In this document: positions 50,693-62,870 of the stretch, in pieces | How positions within the stretch are numbered: position 1 is the stretch's first letter | How the letters are laid out: every line of letters begins with the position of its first letter | From: Torpedo marmorata | Lineage: Eukaryota | Length of the DNA stretch: 64,000 nucleotides | Assembly: GCA_977017645.1 (NCBI GenBank) | Contig: OZ360230.1 | Coordinates: forward strand, 90,148,001 to 90,212,000 | Direction of reading: 5' to 3' | The notes under the pieces: model-generated | Database searches by the model: none | What the model was told of the DNA's origin: nothing | Seen by the model: only the letters and a program-made list of their open reading frames with translations | Made by a program: the position numbers and the translations under genes

Positions 50693-51461
50693 ATATTGAA
50701 CCCAGACAGAAGGTATGGTAGGTAGCTTCAGTGAACTCAAAGTTAAATCAGCACACTGTGCCCTTGGTCTGCACGTGGCTATAGCTTCAATGATAGTCAA
50801 ATCAAAAGCAACTACATCAACACCAACTTTGCATAGCACTTTAATGGTAACAGGCTTTTCCGGCCCACAAGCCTGCGCCTACTAAATACTTGAATTCCTA
50901 TATTGGCAAGCATCCATTACCTTGAAGCAAGGGTTTGGTATTGAGCAGATTGGATACTTTCACCATATACGATGCACAGCAGCGGATGGCTGGATCCCAA
51001 CACCAAACCGCGTGTTTCTCCGGCATTTCCACTGTACTCATCAGAGGAGAGAGTTGTTTGGGTGTTCTATACTGGGTCTGTTATACAAATGTTATGCTTC
51101 CATTTATGGATTTAGCACGGACATCTTACAATCTAGGAGTGTTGATTTACGGTGCTGCTCACTGGGTTTTAGACTTGCAATTCTGAAACAATGATCCAGG
51201 CTTGGAGACACCTGAAAAGTGCAAGGATTTGCTGATTCAAATGTCTGCCAAATCGGCAGCAACAATTTCACAATTAAAGGCACAAATATTCACTATCCTC
51301 AGCAAGAATTTCAGTTAAGGAACCACATATGGTGTTGCTGAGCTAATTTGACATGGCATATGCCCTGAACCACCAAGATTGGAATTCGAGGATCCAAAGG
51401 AGAGGGGAAAAAAAGCTAGTGTCACCCTGAGGGATGGCCCCTCTGCTGACAAAAGGAAGAA

Positions 51462-52035
51462 CGCAGAAATGCTGGAGGAACTTAGCAGGTCTCGCAGCAT
51501 CCATCGGAGGTAAAGATATATAACGACGTTTCGGACCTGAGCCCTTTAAAATTTAAAATTTAGACATACAGCAAGGTAACAGGCCATTTCGGCTCACGAG
51601 TCCGTGCCGCCCAATTTACACCCAATTAACCTACACCCCGGTACGCTTCTTTAAGTAAAAAACACAAATGCTGGAGAAACTCAGCAGGTCACACAGTGTC
51701 TTTTATGTAGCAAAGGTAGAAATACATAACCGACGTTTCGGGCTTGAGCCCTTCATCAAAGTGATGAAGGGCTCAAGCCCGAAACGTCGGTTATGTATTT
51801 CTACCTTTGCTACATAAAAGACACTGTGTGACCTGCTGAGTTTCTCCAGCATTTGTGTTTTTTACTTCAACCACGGTGTCTACAGATTTTCGTGTTTTAC
51901 GCTTCTTTAAGGCTGAGGCCCGAAACATCAGTATATATCTACCTCCGATGGACACTGTAAGACCTGCTGAGTTACTCCAGCATTTCTGTGTTTTTACTAC
52001 AATCACAGCGTCTGCAGACTTTCGTGTTTCACTCT
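51462..52035. mobile_element. Palindromic Penelope pseudo-LTR insertion containing a SINE 3' piece (~51545-51643) and a second palindromic insertion
   Basis: 15 bp TSD tgacaaaaggaagaa (51447-51461, 52036-52050). Confidence 0.88.
51656..51897. mobile_element. Young palindromic Penelope pseudo-LTR insertion with hammerhead-like cores
   Basis: 14 bp TSD tacgcttctttaag (51642-51655, 51898-51911); perfect ~105 bp arms around aag at ~51760. Confidence 0.92.
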
Positions 52036-53220
52036 TGACAAAAGGAAGAAAATTGTTCGGATTCTCCACTCCCCCAAGATCATGCATCTCCTATATTTCT
52101 CATTTATATTTGCATATGAAAGGGTGGTGATAACATTGGAAATAAAGCATGCACCAGCATAAATAGAGCGTAAATCTATTTGACAATCCTTTGAGTTAAA
52201 AGAGATCATCTCATCAATCTGGAACATTGGACACAACTCCCTTTGGACACAAATACTTCATGTGGAACTGTGTCTGTAGTGTTGAATGGACATTGCACAT
52301 TGCATTCATTGAGTCTTCAATGTTTAATGCTACTCCTTGTAAGTAGTTCAGGACGCTGAGCAACATTCTGATTAGCTCCAGAATATTTAATGAATTGTTG
52401 CCAGTTTGCAGGCTATTTGCAGGCAGTTACTGAGGAATTAAAATAACATTGCCACATTCTCAATGAAGTATTGAAGCAAATTAGCAGAGAGCTGGGTTGT
52501 AACCCAATCCCGCAGTTAAGCGAGCTTGTCGAAACAGATTGAGACTTGCTCTTGAGAGTCGAAGATTGTCAGACACTTGAAGATTATATTACATGCAGAG
52601 CAACAGGAGTTTGGAAGCACAAAGCTGAAGCACTTGGAAAGGATCAAATAAAGGCACCAGAGAGAAAACCGAGCTGTTCTGAGATAATGCCTAAGCCTGA
52701 ACTTGTCTCCTTCATGAGTGCTGAAGGCTTCTTGAGTTTCAACAATGTCATTTCTTGAGCAAATTCTTTTCCAGGTATTCCAACCTCCCAGTTGATCCAG
52801 TTTGGGCCATAATACATCATCAAAGGAAAGGAGTAACTCAGTGCAATCAAGAAACAGAAGACTTCTGCATGAAATACTGAACTCACTGAGAAAAACTTAA
52901 TTTCAGCTTGCATAGACTATTGAATCCTGCTCATTTCAAAGGGCAAACAAGCAGCCTGATCTTGCACAGCAGTACACAGGGTTGTCCCTCTTTTGGTCGG
53001 TGCACTATTTGTCATGGGACTGAGCCAAAGACACTGTATCTGAGCTTTAGTCTTGGAAAGCTCAGTGTCAAATTGTTTTTTGCTGGCTGGGAAGGTGAGA
53101 AACTCAGCCACAAAAGTGGGGGATTATTGAGGAAAGGTAGGAATTTCAGATCACATTAACAAACCACTTGAGGTACTTTTTCTTTATCTGATCTGCCCTT
53201 CATGCACATCTTCCTCAGTA

Positions 53221-54649
53221 GGCCTTTTCACTCCGCCGAGTTCATGTGGGCAGACCGTCCGATTTCCTGGGAACTTACCTGTAAAATGTCCAATTTGAAA
53301 AGGGCCAACCTGGCATGGCGGATCAAAATCGACCGGGCTCCGAGACCTTGTCGGAGGTAGTCTCGGAGCCCGGCCGATTTAACCCACTAGCCATCCTCTA
53401 GCGGTCTGAAAAGGCAAACGGCTCACCTGGTAATGTTACTGACGTCAGTGCGTGCGCGCTTGCGTCACATAAAACCCATAAAAATAGAAATAAGAGATAC
53501 AACAATATAAATGTTACTTTAATGATGGCAAAGGGACCTAAGCCACAATATTAAAAGTATTTTAATATTGAAAAACTTGTATCTTACCGAGATTAAAAAA
53601 CAACAGGCCCGTTCAGGGCAGCGGCGGCGGTGGGTCAATGCGGGATCAATGGCCGTCTTCGTTACCCATAATCCCCCACGCAGCTGGAACTGCTCTGCGT
53701 TTCCCTGGCGCTGGCAAAGTGGCAGAGCGGTTCCAGCTGCGTGGGGGATTATGGATAACAAAGACGGCCATTGATCTCGCATTGAGCCGCCGCCCTGAGC
53801 GGGCCCGTGGTTTTTTGAAACATTGTCCTGTTCAATTATGATATCCCAGAGTATCCCAGATATACTCCAGGCATATCTAGGTGCATCACAGATGAGTCTA
53901 GATATGATTTTGATCTGGACTGTACATATATATTTCGCCTGAAATCCAGCACCGACTGATGGTCGTTCAACAGCTGACATCTTTATCTCAGTAAGCTCTG
54001 AAGCAGGAACCGTGTTGGCATTTCAGCAGCTCCCGGCCCGCTTCCCTTTAATCCTGAGACTCAGACGAGGACAGGGGAACATAGCGCTGAAGGGTAAATA
54101 ACTCGTTCTGTCGGCAGAATGCTGGGCTCGGATCAGTCAGTTGGGTGGGAGTGGGGAGGTTGCATTAAACAGGTCGGTGTGCGCTTTAGGATTTCTCGGC
54201 GACGCTTGGTGCAGTGAAGATAGAGACGGAGATTAGTTGTTTGCTGGATTCCAGGAGCTGGTGAATTCCTCGCCATGCTAGAGTGCTGGGATCCCCCAGT
54301 ATCATTCTTACAAACTCGAACTGTATGATAACGCCGCTCACCGCTCAGATCACTCTAACCTCTCTCAATCCAACCCCGCCCCAAGATTGGAATAAAAAGT
54401 GCTGGGCATTTACAGTAATGCGGGTCTCGCATTGAGCCGCCGCCCTGAGCGGGCCCGTTGTTTTTTGAAACATTTCCTGTGAGTGCGTAACGCGTCACTC
54501 GCATCGTCATCGTTGGAGGTGGGACCGCCCTTAAATTGCCTGGTTGCTACTTCTCCAGGTAAGTTACGCTGCAGTCCGAAAGAACCCGGAGGTCCAGGCT
54601 TCGCTGGAACTTTTCCCGGGACACAAGATGTCGGCGGTCTGAAAACGCC
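53221..54649. mobile_element. Non-autonomous PIF/Harbinger-like DNA transposon, ~1.43 kb
   Basis: TIRs ggccttttcactccgccga / tcggcggtctgaaaacgcc flanked by TA; subterminal palindrome at 53325-53380; CpG-rich. Confidence 0.75.
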
Positions 54650-55394
54650 TAGTGATATGCCCATTTCCCTGTCTAACAATATCCCCACCTGTAATTGCAG
54701 CAGCACAAGCCAATCCTTTATCGGTGGGCTTGAAAATGGTCTGCAGCTGAGAACAAATCTGCAATTTCACAAGCCCTTGCTTCAAGGTTCTTCGAACAAT
54801 CATGAGCATGCAAAAGAACTTGCCTCCTCATTCAATAACTGTTGTGCAGTCAAGTCTCAATTTTAAATCCAAAACTGTTAAGATTTTACTAACCAAAATA
54901 TCAATGGGCAATAGCAGGTAAATGCAAAGTGCCCTTGAATTACACTTTTCACAGATTTTATGCCATGCATTATTAGGTTGGTTATCTGAACAGCAGCTGC
55001 ATGAATTAACCAGTTAACTGAACATCCCAGGGTACTTTTGCTGTTTAACTACGTACCTAATTCATTGCACAACTATTTAGACAAACAGTATTTAAATGTG
55101 AAAAATTGTTAATAACCCAATCTTTATACCCTCTTTGTTCAACACTCCAATGTACACGACAGAGTAAATTTGAAAGTGAGAATTAACTCTGTGATGGGAT
55201 CAAAAAAAGGGAATTAATCAAGGTGATTGACCTTAGAAGCAAAACCACAGGTATTACAGCTTGATGGCTGTTTTTCCTGAGGATTGCTCTGGTAATAATG
55301 TAATAGTGTAACAGCTGGGGACTTTGTTAAGGCAGTAAATGCAGCTCCTCTGATCTAGAAGTAGTTTGGAGTAAAGGCAGAATATAATTTTTTT

Positions 55395-55656
55395 TAATTT
55401 AAATTTTAAATTTAAATTTAGACATAACAGGCCATTTCGGCCCAAGAGTCCATGCCGCCCAATTTACACCCAATTAACCTACACCCACTGATACATTTCG
55501 AACAGTGGGAGGAAACCGGAGCCCCCGGGGGGAAACCCACGTAGACACGGGGAGTACGTACAAACTCCTTACAGACAGCGTGGGATTCAAACCCCGGTCC
55601 CGATTGCTGGCGCTGTAAAGGTGTTGCGCTAACCTCTACGACAACCGTGCCGCCCC
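55395..55656 (-). mobile_element. tRNA-derived SINE (young family)
   Basis: Full-length, (TTTAAA)n tail. Confidence 0.92.
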
Positions 55657-55846
55657 AATATATGTGAAGAGAGGAAAATATTGAATTTGATGTTGATGTT
55701 TCCTTGCTCAAAAACCATGCAAATACTTGTTGCCAATGATGATAACTAAGCAAAGCACACATCACACCGAACTCCAGAACAACTTACCATCTTTGGGGGA
55801 AGGCAGAATGAAGGAGGACCTTGGAACAGAGTGCCATTACTAAATT

Positions 55847-55864
55847 GCCACGTGACTCAGCAAA
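55847..55864. promoter_or_regulatory. Overlapping E-box (CACGTGAC) and ARE/NF-E2 site (TGACTCAGCA)
   Basis: gccacgtgactcagcaaa in non-repeat DNA; motif match only. Confidence 0.35.
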
Positions 55865-57938
55865 CCATGGAAAACGTTTAAATGGTTACTTGTTTTGAAC
55901 GCAGTAGGTTCACTGAGCCAGGTGATAAACAACGGTACTGACATTCACAGCAACTTGTCGGCTGAGTGGTGTAACAATATAACATGTGGTAACACTTAAC
56001 TATCACTACATTGCACTTCCTCAGGTTCACCGTCTGTTTACTGAACACAAGGTGTAGTGAAGTGAATTTAGAATCCTGATCCTAAATTAAGTTACTTCAT
56101 TCCAAATATTCTTACTGTAACCGGATATTGCTGAAAATGTCAATTTCACTCCGCGCTTTGGTGCTTGATATAATCACATTGTGGAACCATTGATTTGCTT
56201 TTCAATATAAGGAACAATTTAATTTCAGATCAGTGCCCACACAAAAGAGAACAATATGATTTTATCTGCTGCACCCAGATTTAGAATAAACTGAAATTTC
56301 CCTATTTCTTTATAGCAGGGAGCAGGATTTCAAATGCCCTCAAATCAAATTTCATCTTAATGGAAAACTCCACATTCCTGGTGATTTGCCACAAAGAGGT
56401 GTGAACCTTCACAACAATCGAAGGATATGGGGAGACGCAGAGATTGCTGATTGCAGAGGGGGAGGCAGACTAAACCATCCTGTCGGGCCAGACGTCCACA
56501 GGAGAGCTCACAAAGCTCGACCTGTACAGATGTCATCCAGTATGATTGACAATGGCATGAAACCCCACCGATTTCTCTTTGTCTGGAGCTGGCCTGTTCC
56601 GAAGACCAATGTTTAAAAAAAACATCCCACTCTAGCTGAGGACAACTAACAAAGGCCCCCTCGTTCTATTCTCTCCAGCTGAGCGACACCACCTCACAGC
56701 ATTCCTTCTACAGATTCTTCAATGTTTTAAAGTGATCATGTCTTATTCTTTTGGATTCAAAGTAACACAGGCCTTGTATAACCAAGCAAATAAACTCATA
56801 TTGGCCACACAGGAGGATATCACTTTTTGAACAGTGTTCCATTGAGAGCATGAAGAGAAACCGAGACCATGCAGCTCTAGAATGGACATGGGCAGACACT
56901 CACGGGACAACAGACTCTTACTCCCACACCACCAACCTGTCAAGCTGCGTGGCGGGTAAATTAGTTATGAACATCCTTGTTCCTCAACTCCACCTTACTT
57001 TTAATCTCCCAACAGAGGCCCACTAATCTGACAATCCTCACCCTGACTCCATGTTGTTGACTAGATTCCCTCTTAGCTGATCCTCTGCTCCTCCTTTGAC
57101 TCCTAGTTTCCGTTTCCCCTTCCCCTTCTACACACAATAGCTGGAACCTCCATCCAGTTTCTAATCATGTTCTCCAACCTGTCACAGATCACCTACCTCA
57201 TCTACCACCAGTATCTGACTGCTAGCCATGTACTGCATACATCGCCTCCCCCCCAACCCCCCTGCTCACTGTATCCTGCACATCAAGGACCCATTTCCAC
57301 TGTGGGTACAAGTTTAAATGAATCCGTGGTCAATCTTTCTCTTGAATATACAAATGTGTTTTGGCCACAATTACATTTTGATGTGCAGACTATGAACCAG
57401 AGCAGTCATGTTCTCTGTCCATCAGCACCATAGTAGTGCAACTTTTAGGATGGGCTCAAAACTTTCAGCATATATAAATACAAGGTCTTTCTTTTCTTGG
57501 TGTCTTTTCTCAAGAACAGTTAGGAGAGCAAGACTATCTGAATAAAACCTTTTAATTCACGAGGAAACAGGGTTATTAAGAGGGAGAATGTTTTCATAGT
57601 GATGGTGACAGACAGAAATTTTGTGATGAAATCTGCAATTTGTTTGTTCTGTAAAAGGAAAAAAATCTGTCAGGGCAAGTGGAGCATTCAATTATATGAC
57701 CAAAATGCTCTTTTGTTGGGTGCACACAAGGGCACTGAATACATTGATAAAAAAACACAAAAAATGAAACACAAAAGTCTGCATGTTTTATTTTCACTAG
57801 TTGATCTGTGACTGACACATAATGCTTATCGTGTGTGATTCAAAAGTATTGACAGCACCTGAGAATGATCGACATTAAATGCACAGCTTGAGTTCAAGGC
57901 CTTCACTGATGAAAGGGGTTCTGTGAGAAGGGCGCGCT

Positions 57939-59493
57939 CAGGGCCGGTGCCAGATTATTTTGCGCCCTAGGCCCAAAACAAATTGCCAACTTCGATTTTC
58001 ATCCTCTGTGGCATTCAGGTACTGAAGAGCTTCTACTTTACCTGAGTCAGACCCTGCTTTCAAAAAGATGTTTTGGTTCAGAGTTGAAACAGTAGGAGTT
58101 TGGTCTTTTATTGGAAGCCATGATCTCTGCAGTTACCTTAAAATTATGCTTTGAAGTGAAAGCCTTTGAGTGACAGAGGATTTTTTTTTGTTTCTTTTAA
58201 TTCTTCAAGTCAATCACATGAAGGCATTTCTGCTTTCCAACAGGCAGCAAAGCGACAGGGTCTCAGAGACATTTTTTATACTGGCTGTAAAATGCTGGGC
58301 TGGCATTGTCCCAACTTTAACAACACATGGACGTCACTCATCAATTACCATTTGACTTTGCTTTAATGTTTGTTCAAGGGAAATGGGTGGGGAATAATAG
58401 CATTGAATTTGTCCATTCACTATTTGGTTATGATGCATGTACTGTACAATGTTTGCATGTAGGTGGGAAAAACTCACTTATATTCCATTTACTTTCTCCA
58501 AAGTGAAGTCCCTTTTCAGAGTAGTGAAAACATTCAAGCAATCGTCAAAATAAATGTTAGTTTGAGCAGCAATGCTTCCTGCTCGTGACATTGACTGATT
58601 TTATTTTTGTGACGGCTGATGCAGATACCAATGATGGTTCAATTTTGCTATGTATTATGCAGTTTCTGTTTAGCTTTTTGTTAATACTTGCAAAAGTTTA
58701 AATTTGAGCATAGAATCTCCACTATATTACACATCCCATGTAAAATTCAAATGAATCTACTAGAAAGTGTTAAAAGTCAGATGTTAAACTGATGGTTTAG
58801 ATTTGGGTTTAAACAATTCAATGCAATACAGTACCAGAAACTGGGTACTTAAACAATTGTCACGTTATTTTTGATGTCAATTTGCTACAATTACAGTGCG
58901 GAATAAATTCACCCACATATTATCAAACAAAGCATCCAACTCACCTATAGAAAACTGCAGTTCAAGTGAATGTGTCATTATTAATATTAATAGGCCTGGG
59001 TTTCTTTTGAAATTAGATTTCAGTACAAGTGTCTTTAATTTGCCCTCGCCCCCTCCCCAATCGCGGGGGTAAGAAAAATCAAGAGTCACTTCCAACAAAC
59101 GCTGCAAATTTTGCACGCCCGATGTTGTGGGACATATTGTGACGCCCTGCACTTCCAGTCCAGCATCTTTTTTGGACTGGATTATGTTTGGCCCCTCGCT
59201 GAATAGTTGCCTATTTGCTTTCCGATACAGCCTGCACCTGCCTTGCTCGGGGCTCGTGCTGCTCCGGAGTTGCTCAAATCCATCGCGCATGCGCCAGCCG
59301 GCACTCGCGCATGCGTACAAGAATAAAGATGGCCGCGCCCAGCCAACGGACCCTGGGACGCCGACTAATAAAGTAAGTACACTTTTGCACATTTGTTCCC
59401 TACATACCGGACATCTGGCCATCCTGACTGCGCCTCTCTGAGGTCTGCGCCCTTGGCGACTGCCTAGTTCGCCTAGTGGTAGCGCTGGCCCTG
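57939..59493. mobile_element. hAT (Tip100-like) non-autonomous element
   Basis: TIRs cagggccggtgc / gcgctggccctg; degenerate 8 bp TSD ggcgcgct/ggagcgca; subterminal tgcgccct(a/t)ggc at both ends. Confidence 0.65.
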
Positions 59494-59979
59494 GGAGCGC
59501 ACCATCCAAACACAAGCAACTCATGCTGATAGGAATGTGCTCGGGCTTAATGATTATCCTAAAAGAGACTAAAATAATTTCAAGTAATGTAATGAAGATA
59601 GTTTTGCATGGTGTCCTCTCCCACATCACAGCATCCCCACAATGGATTTTGTATTCTATGATCTATAAATCGACTGTATCAGATAAATCATGCCCCGATT
59701 ATTGCCGCAGACCCCTTTTATACAACACCACGGGATACAGAGCGATTCCCTGAGATGCAATCTAATTTTTCTGAAAAAGCCACAAGTGCCTTGGAGAAGG
59801 TATGGAAGAGAAAGGATGCAGAAGATGAGACTTTGATGCAAAGAATTGTGTGTCTGAGACTATCCTCTTCAAGGCAGAGAAGGCAAGATTTAATACAAAC
59901 ATTCAGAATTGGGAAGGACTCTTGCTGAAATAAAGGGAAACATTTTCCAGAGCCAAGCAGGAACAGAGAACCATTTTAA

Positions 59980-60725
59980 CAGAGAATCAGTCATATGGCA
60001 CGGAAAGAGGCCCTTCAGCCCACTGATTCCATGCCAACTGTCAACCAACCTGATTGGTAGAATCTGGGGTGAGTTGAGGGGAACATGAGAAAATAAAAAA
60101 TGGAACAACTACAGTAAAAGTCAAAAAATCTGGATGCCAGAAATCCGGACCACCCGAGAATCCAGACTTTTCGAAAACTCTCAAACTTTTAAAATCTAGT
60201 GGGCTTTTGTGTGTGTGCGTGCATGCGTATGTGCCATAGATGCGGAAATGAACGAATAAATAGTTATTTGTTTTTTGTACTTTGTATTTTATATAAAAAA
60301 TGTTCCGTTAATAAACTAACAAAATTTACCTGTTCATCTCTTCTTTATTCCTCCTTAAATTTGAATTTTAAAAGTACTGCCCAAGAATCCGGAAAATCCG
60401 AAAATACGGACTAACCCAATCCCTGAGCAGTCTGGATTTTACGACTTCTACTGTCTCATTAACACTTAACCCATTTTTTTATTTTCTCATGTTCCCATCA
60501 ACTCACCCCAGATTCTACCACTCACCTATACAAGGGCAATTTATCATAGCACAATTAACCTGCCAACCTGCACATCTTTGGGATTTGGGAGGAAATCAGA
60601 TCATCTGGCGTAAACACACACGGCTACGGGGAAAACGTGGAAACGCCACACAACGGAGAAGGTCAGGATCGAACCTAGGCCATTGGAGCTGCGAGCCCTA
60701 CTAGCTGCACCACTCTGTCACCCCA
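59980..60725 (-). mobile_element. Older tRNA-SINE interrupted by a MITE
   Basis: Tail ggcacggaaagaggcccttcagccc; core catctttgggatttgggaggaaa; B box complement ggatcgaacc. Confidence 0.75.
60112..60453. mobile_element. Tc1/mariner (Tigger/pogo-like) MITE
   Basis: TA|cagtaaaagtcaaaaaatctgga ... tctggattttacgacttctactg; repeated aatccgga subterminal motifs. Confidence 0.75.
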
Positions 60726-60824
60726 CTTGATTCACACAGCAAGCTGTTCTGATCCACAATGAACTGCCAGAAAGACCAGGGAAAGAAGATGCAATAATAA
60801 TGTTCAAAATAGAATTCAACTAAG

Positions 60825-61000
60825 AGCAAAATACAATCTGCTGGAGGAACGTAGCAGGCAGGTGGTGGAGAAATTGCTGACGTTTCAGGTCAAAACCCTT
60901 CAAAACAGTGTTTCGCCCCCTACAGATGCTACTTTACCAGTGAGCTCCAATAGCAAATTGTCTTTACCCCAGATTCCAGCATCTGGGATCCTTTGCATTT
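60825..61000. mobile_element. Old palindromic Penelope pseudo-LTR insertion
   Basis: caatctgctggaggaac...gacgtttcagg... followed by the inverse arm cagatgct...gagctcc...gattccagcatctg. Confidence 0.65.
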
Positions 61001-61171
61001 CCAGAATCCAATGAAGGTTTGAAGAACAATAATTTGCAGGGTGATGAGGAAAGAGGAATTGGAAAGCTCTGCCAAGCAATGACATAAGATGGATGGCGAC
61101 ACTGGGGCTGTTTGAACTGAAAGGATGCATGAGCTTTGTTTATTAGCTTGCCCGGCATCCATAGCTTTGTT

Positions 61172-61838
61172 TTTGTTTTTTGTTTTTTTTAAAAAATATT
61201 TTATTTAAATTTTTAAATCACAAAATACATAAAATAAAATGCATATATTTGAAAATACATGTGATATACATTTTCTCCCCCCCTTCCCACCCTCCCCTCC
61301 CTAACCCCTATATCTCCACTACTCTAAAAAAAAATATAGTAAAAGAGAAAAAGAAAAAAGAAAGATAGAAAAATAGAGTGAGGAGACAACAAACTTCAAA
61401 CTAATTCTACCATAGAGGTTATTTTCGCCAGTGGATCCGATATCTAGAGAATTTAAATTGTTAAACCCATAATTCTCATATATGGGCCCCAAATTTTCAA
61501 GAAAAAATGATATTTATTTCGCAAGTTGTAAGTAATTTTTTCTAATGGTATACATGAACGTAACTCTGCATGCCATCATTCTAAATTTAAATCCACATCT
61601 GACTTCCAAGTAATAGCTATACACTTTTTCGAAACTGCTAATACTATACGTAAAAATTCTACTTGGTACATATTTAATCTATTTCTAATACTAAATTTTT
61701 TAATATCTCCAAATAAAAATAACATAGGATCCATTGTAAACCCAACATTAAAAATTCTCTCTAAAAAATTCTTAACTTTCAACCAAAAATCTTGAATTTT
61801 TGAACATAACCATGTACAATGTACAAAAGAAACTATTT
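61172..61838 (-). mobile_element. L1 LINE 3' fragment
   Basis: 15 bp TSD atccatagctttgtt (61157-61171, 61839-61853) at a TT/AA site; oligo-A tail; ORF2 C-terminus (HCTWLCSK..FW, AVSKKCIAITWKS); related to 6948-7328. Confidence 0.92.
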
Positions 61839-62711
61839 ATCCATAGCTTTGTTAAAGGGTCGTAGTCCATGAATTAGATTGACCTTGGCCTTCAATCTTT
61901 TGGTAATTCTTATGTTCCAGTTTGTGACATGTATCTTATTGTTCATTTGACAATCTCCACCATTTGGAACTGCTGCAGGGCAATGTTAACTTGTGGTTCT
62001 GCTTAATTGTTCACTTGTACAAAGAGTTATCGATCTGCAAGTGCAACAACTGCTGACTGTCCTTGGAGTGTTGCTGGTCTACCTGTACAACCGGTTTCAT
62101 GCAATCAATAGCCAACTCAAATTAATTGAGGCTAATTTCACCACCCAATTGATGGGAAGACACATTTCAATAACCTTCTAAAATGAGTCTTCCTCGTACT
62201 AAGGCTATGAATGCCCATTTTATTTTGAGGATACTTTCCCACCAGTGCCATGTCAGAGCCACCCACTTTTGTTACACAGATCATCTGAGTAGTTAATGTA
62301 AACAGCACTGAGCTCATGGAAATTTCTTGTTTCAAGCTTGGGTAGACCATTGTGTAGACCATTGCAATTAGATACATTAGAAAGAACATGGGGCATGCGG
62401 CGAAGTTCAGTCAAGGAATAAATTAGATGTCAGGAGGCTTTCACGTTACAGGGGTCTTCTCAGTCTTTCAAACAAGTTACGAACTCAAACAGACGAAAAG
62501 CCTTAAGTCGAGGTGGAGACGATAGTCTGCAAACACACTTTTTTCTCATATGGCCAAATGATGAATTGCATCATCAATATCTTTCTTCCGCGAGTGGTGG
62601 CTCCTGGGATATGGCATGTGGTCCTCATTTCTCATTGTCAGGACAGACCTTTATTGTCATTCGGGGGATGTCCACAGCAGGAGTAGGTTAGTGGAGGACC
62701 TTAGCTTTAGG

Positions 62712-62870
62712 ATCAACAAACAATCTACTGGGGAAACTCAGCAGGTCGAGCAGAATCAGTGGGAGAAAAAATAATTTGGGCTGGAACCCTTCATCAAGAC
62801 AGAGCGCAGAGCAGAGATAGCTGGTATATAGATTCCAGCATTTGCAGTCTCTTGTGTGTCTTTTGTTTCA
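62712..62870. mobile_element. Old Penelope pseudo-LTR with inverted arms
   Basis: ggggaaactcagcaggtcgagcag...cccttcatcaagac, then gattccagcatttgcagtctcttgtgtgtc. Confidence 0.6.

Noticed and set aside
52517-52897. ~125-codon stop-free minus frame lacking a start
   Set aside because: No convincing splice pair or protein similarity; compatible with chance
58877-59629. 250 aa minus-strand ORF
   Set aside because: Crosses a transposon terminus and GC-rich subterminal DNA; no recognisable motif
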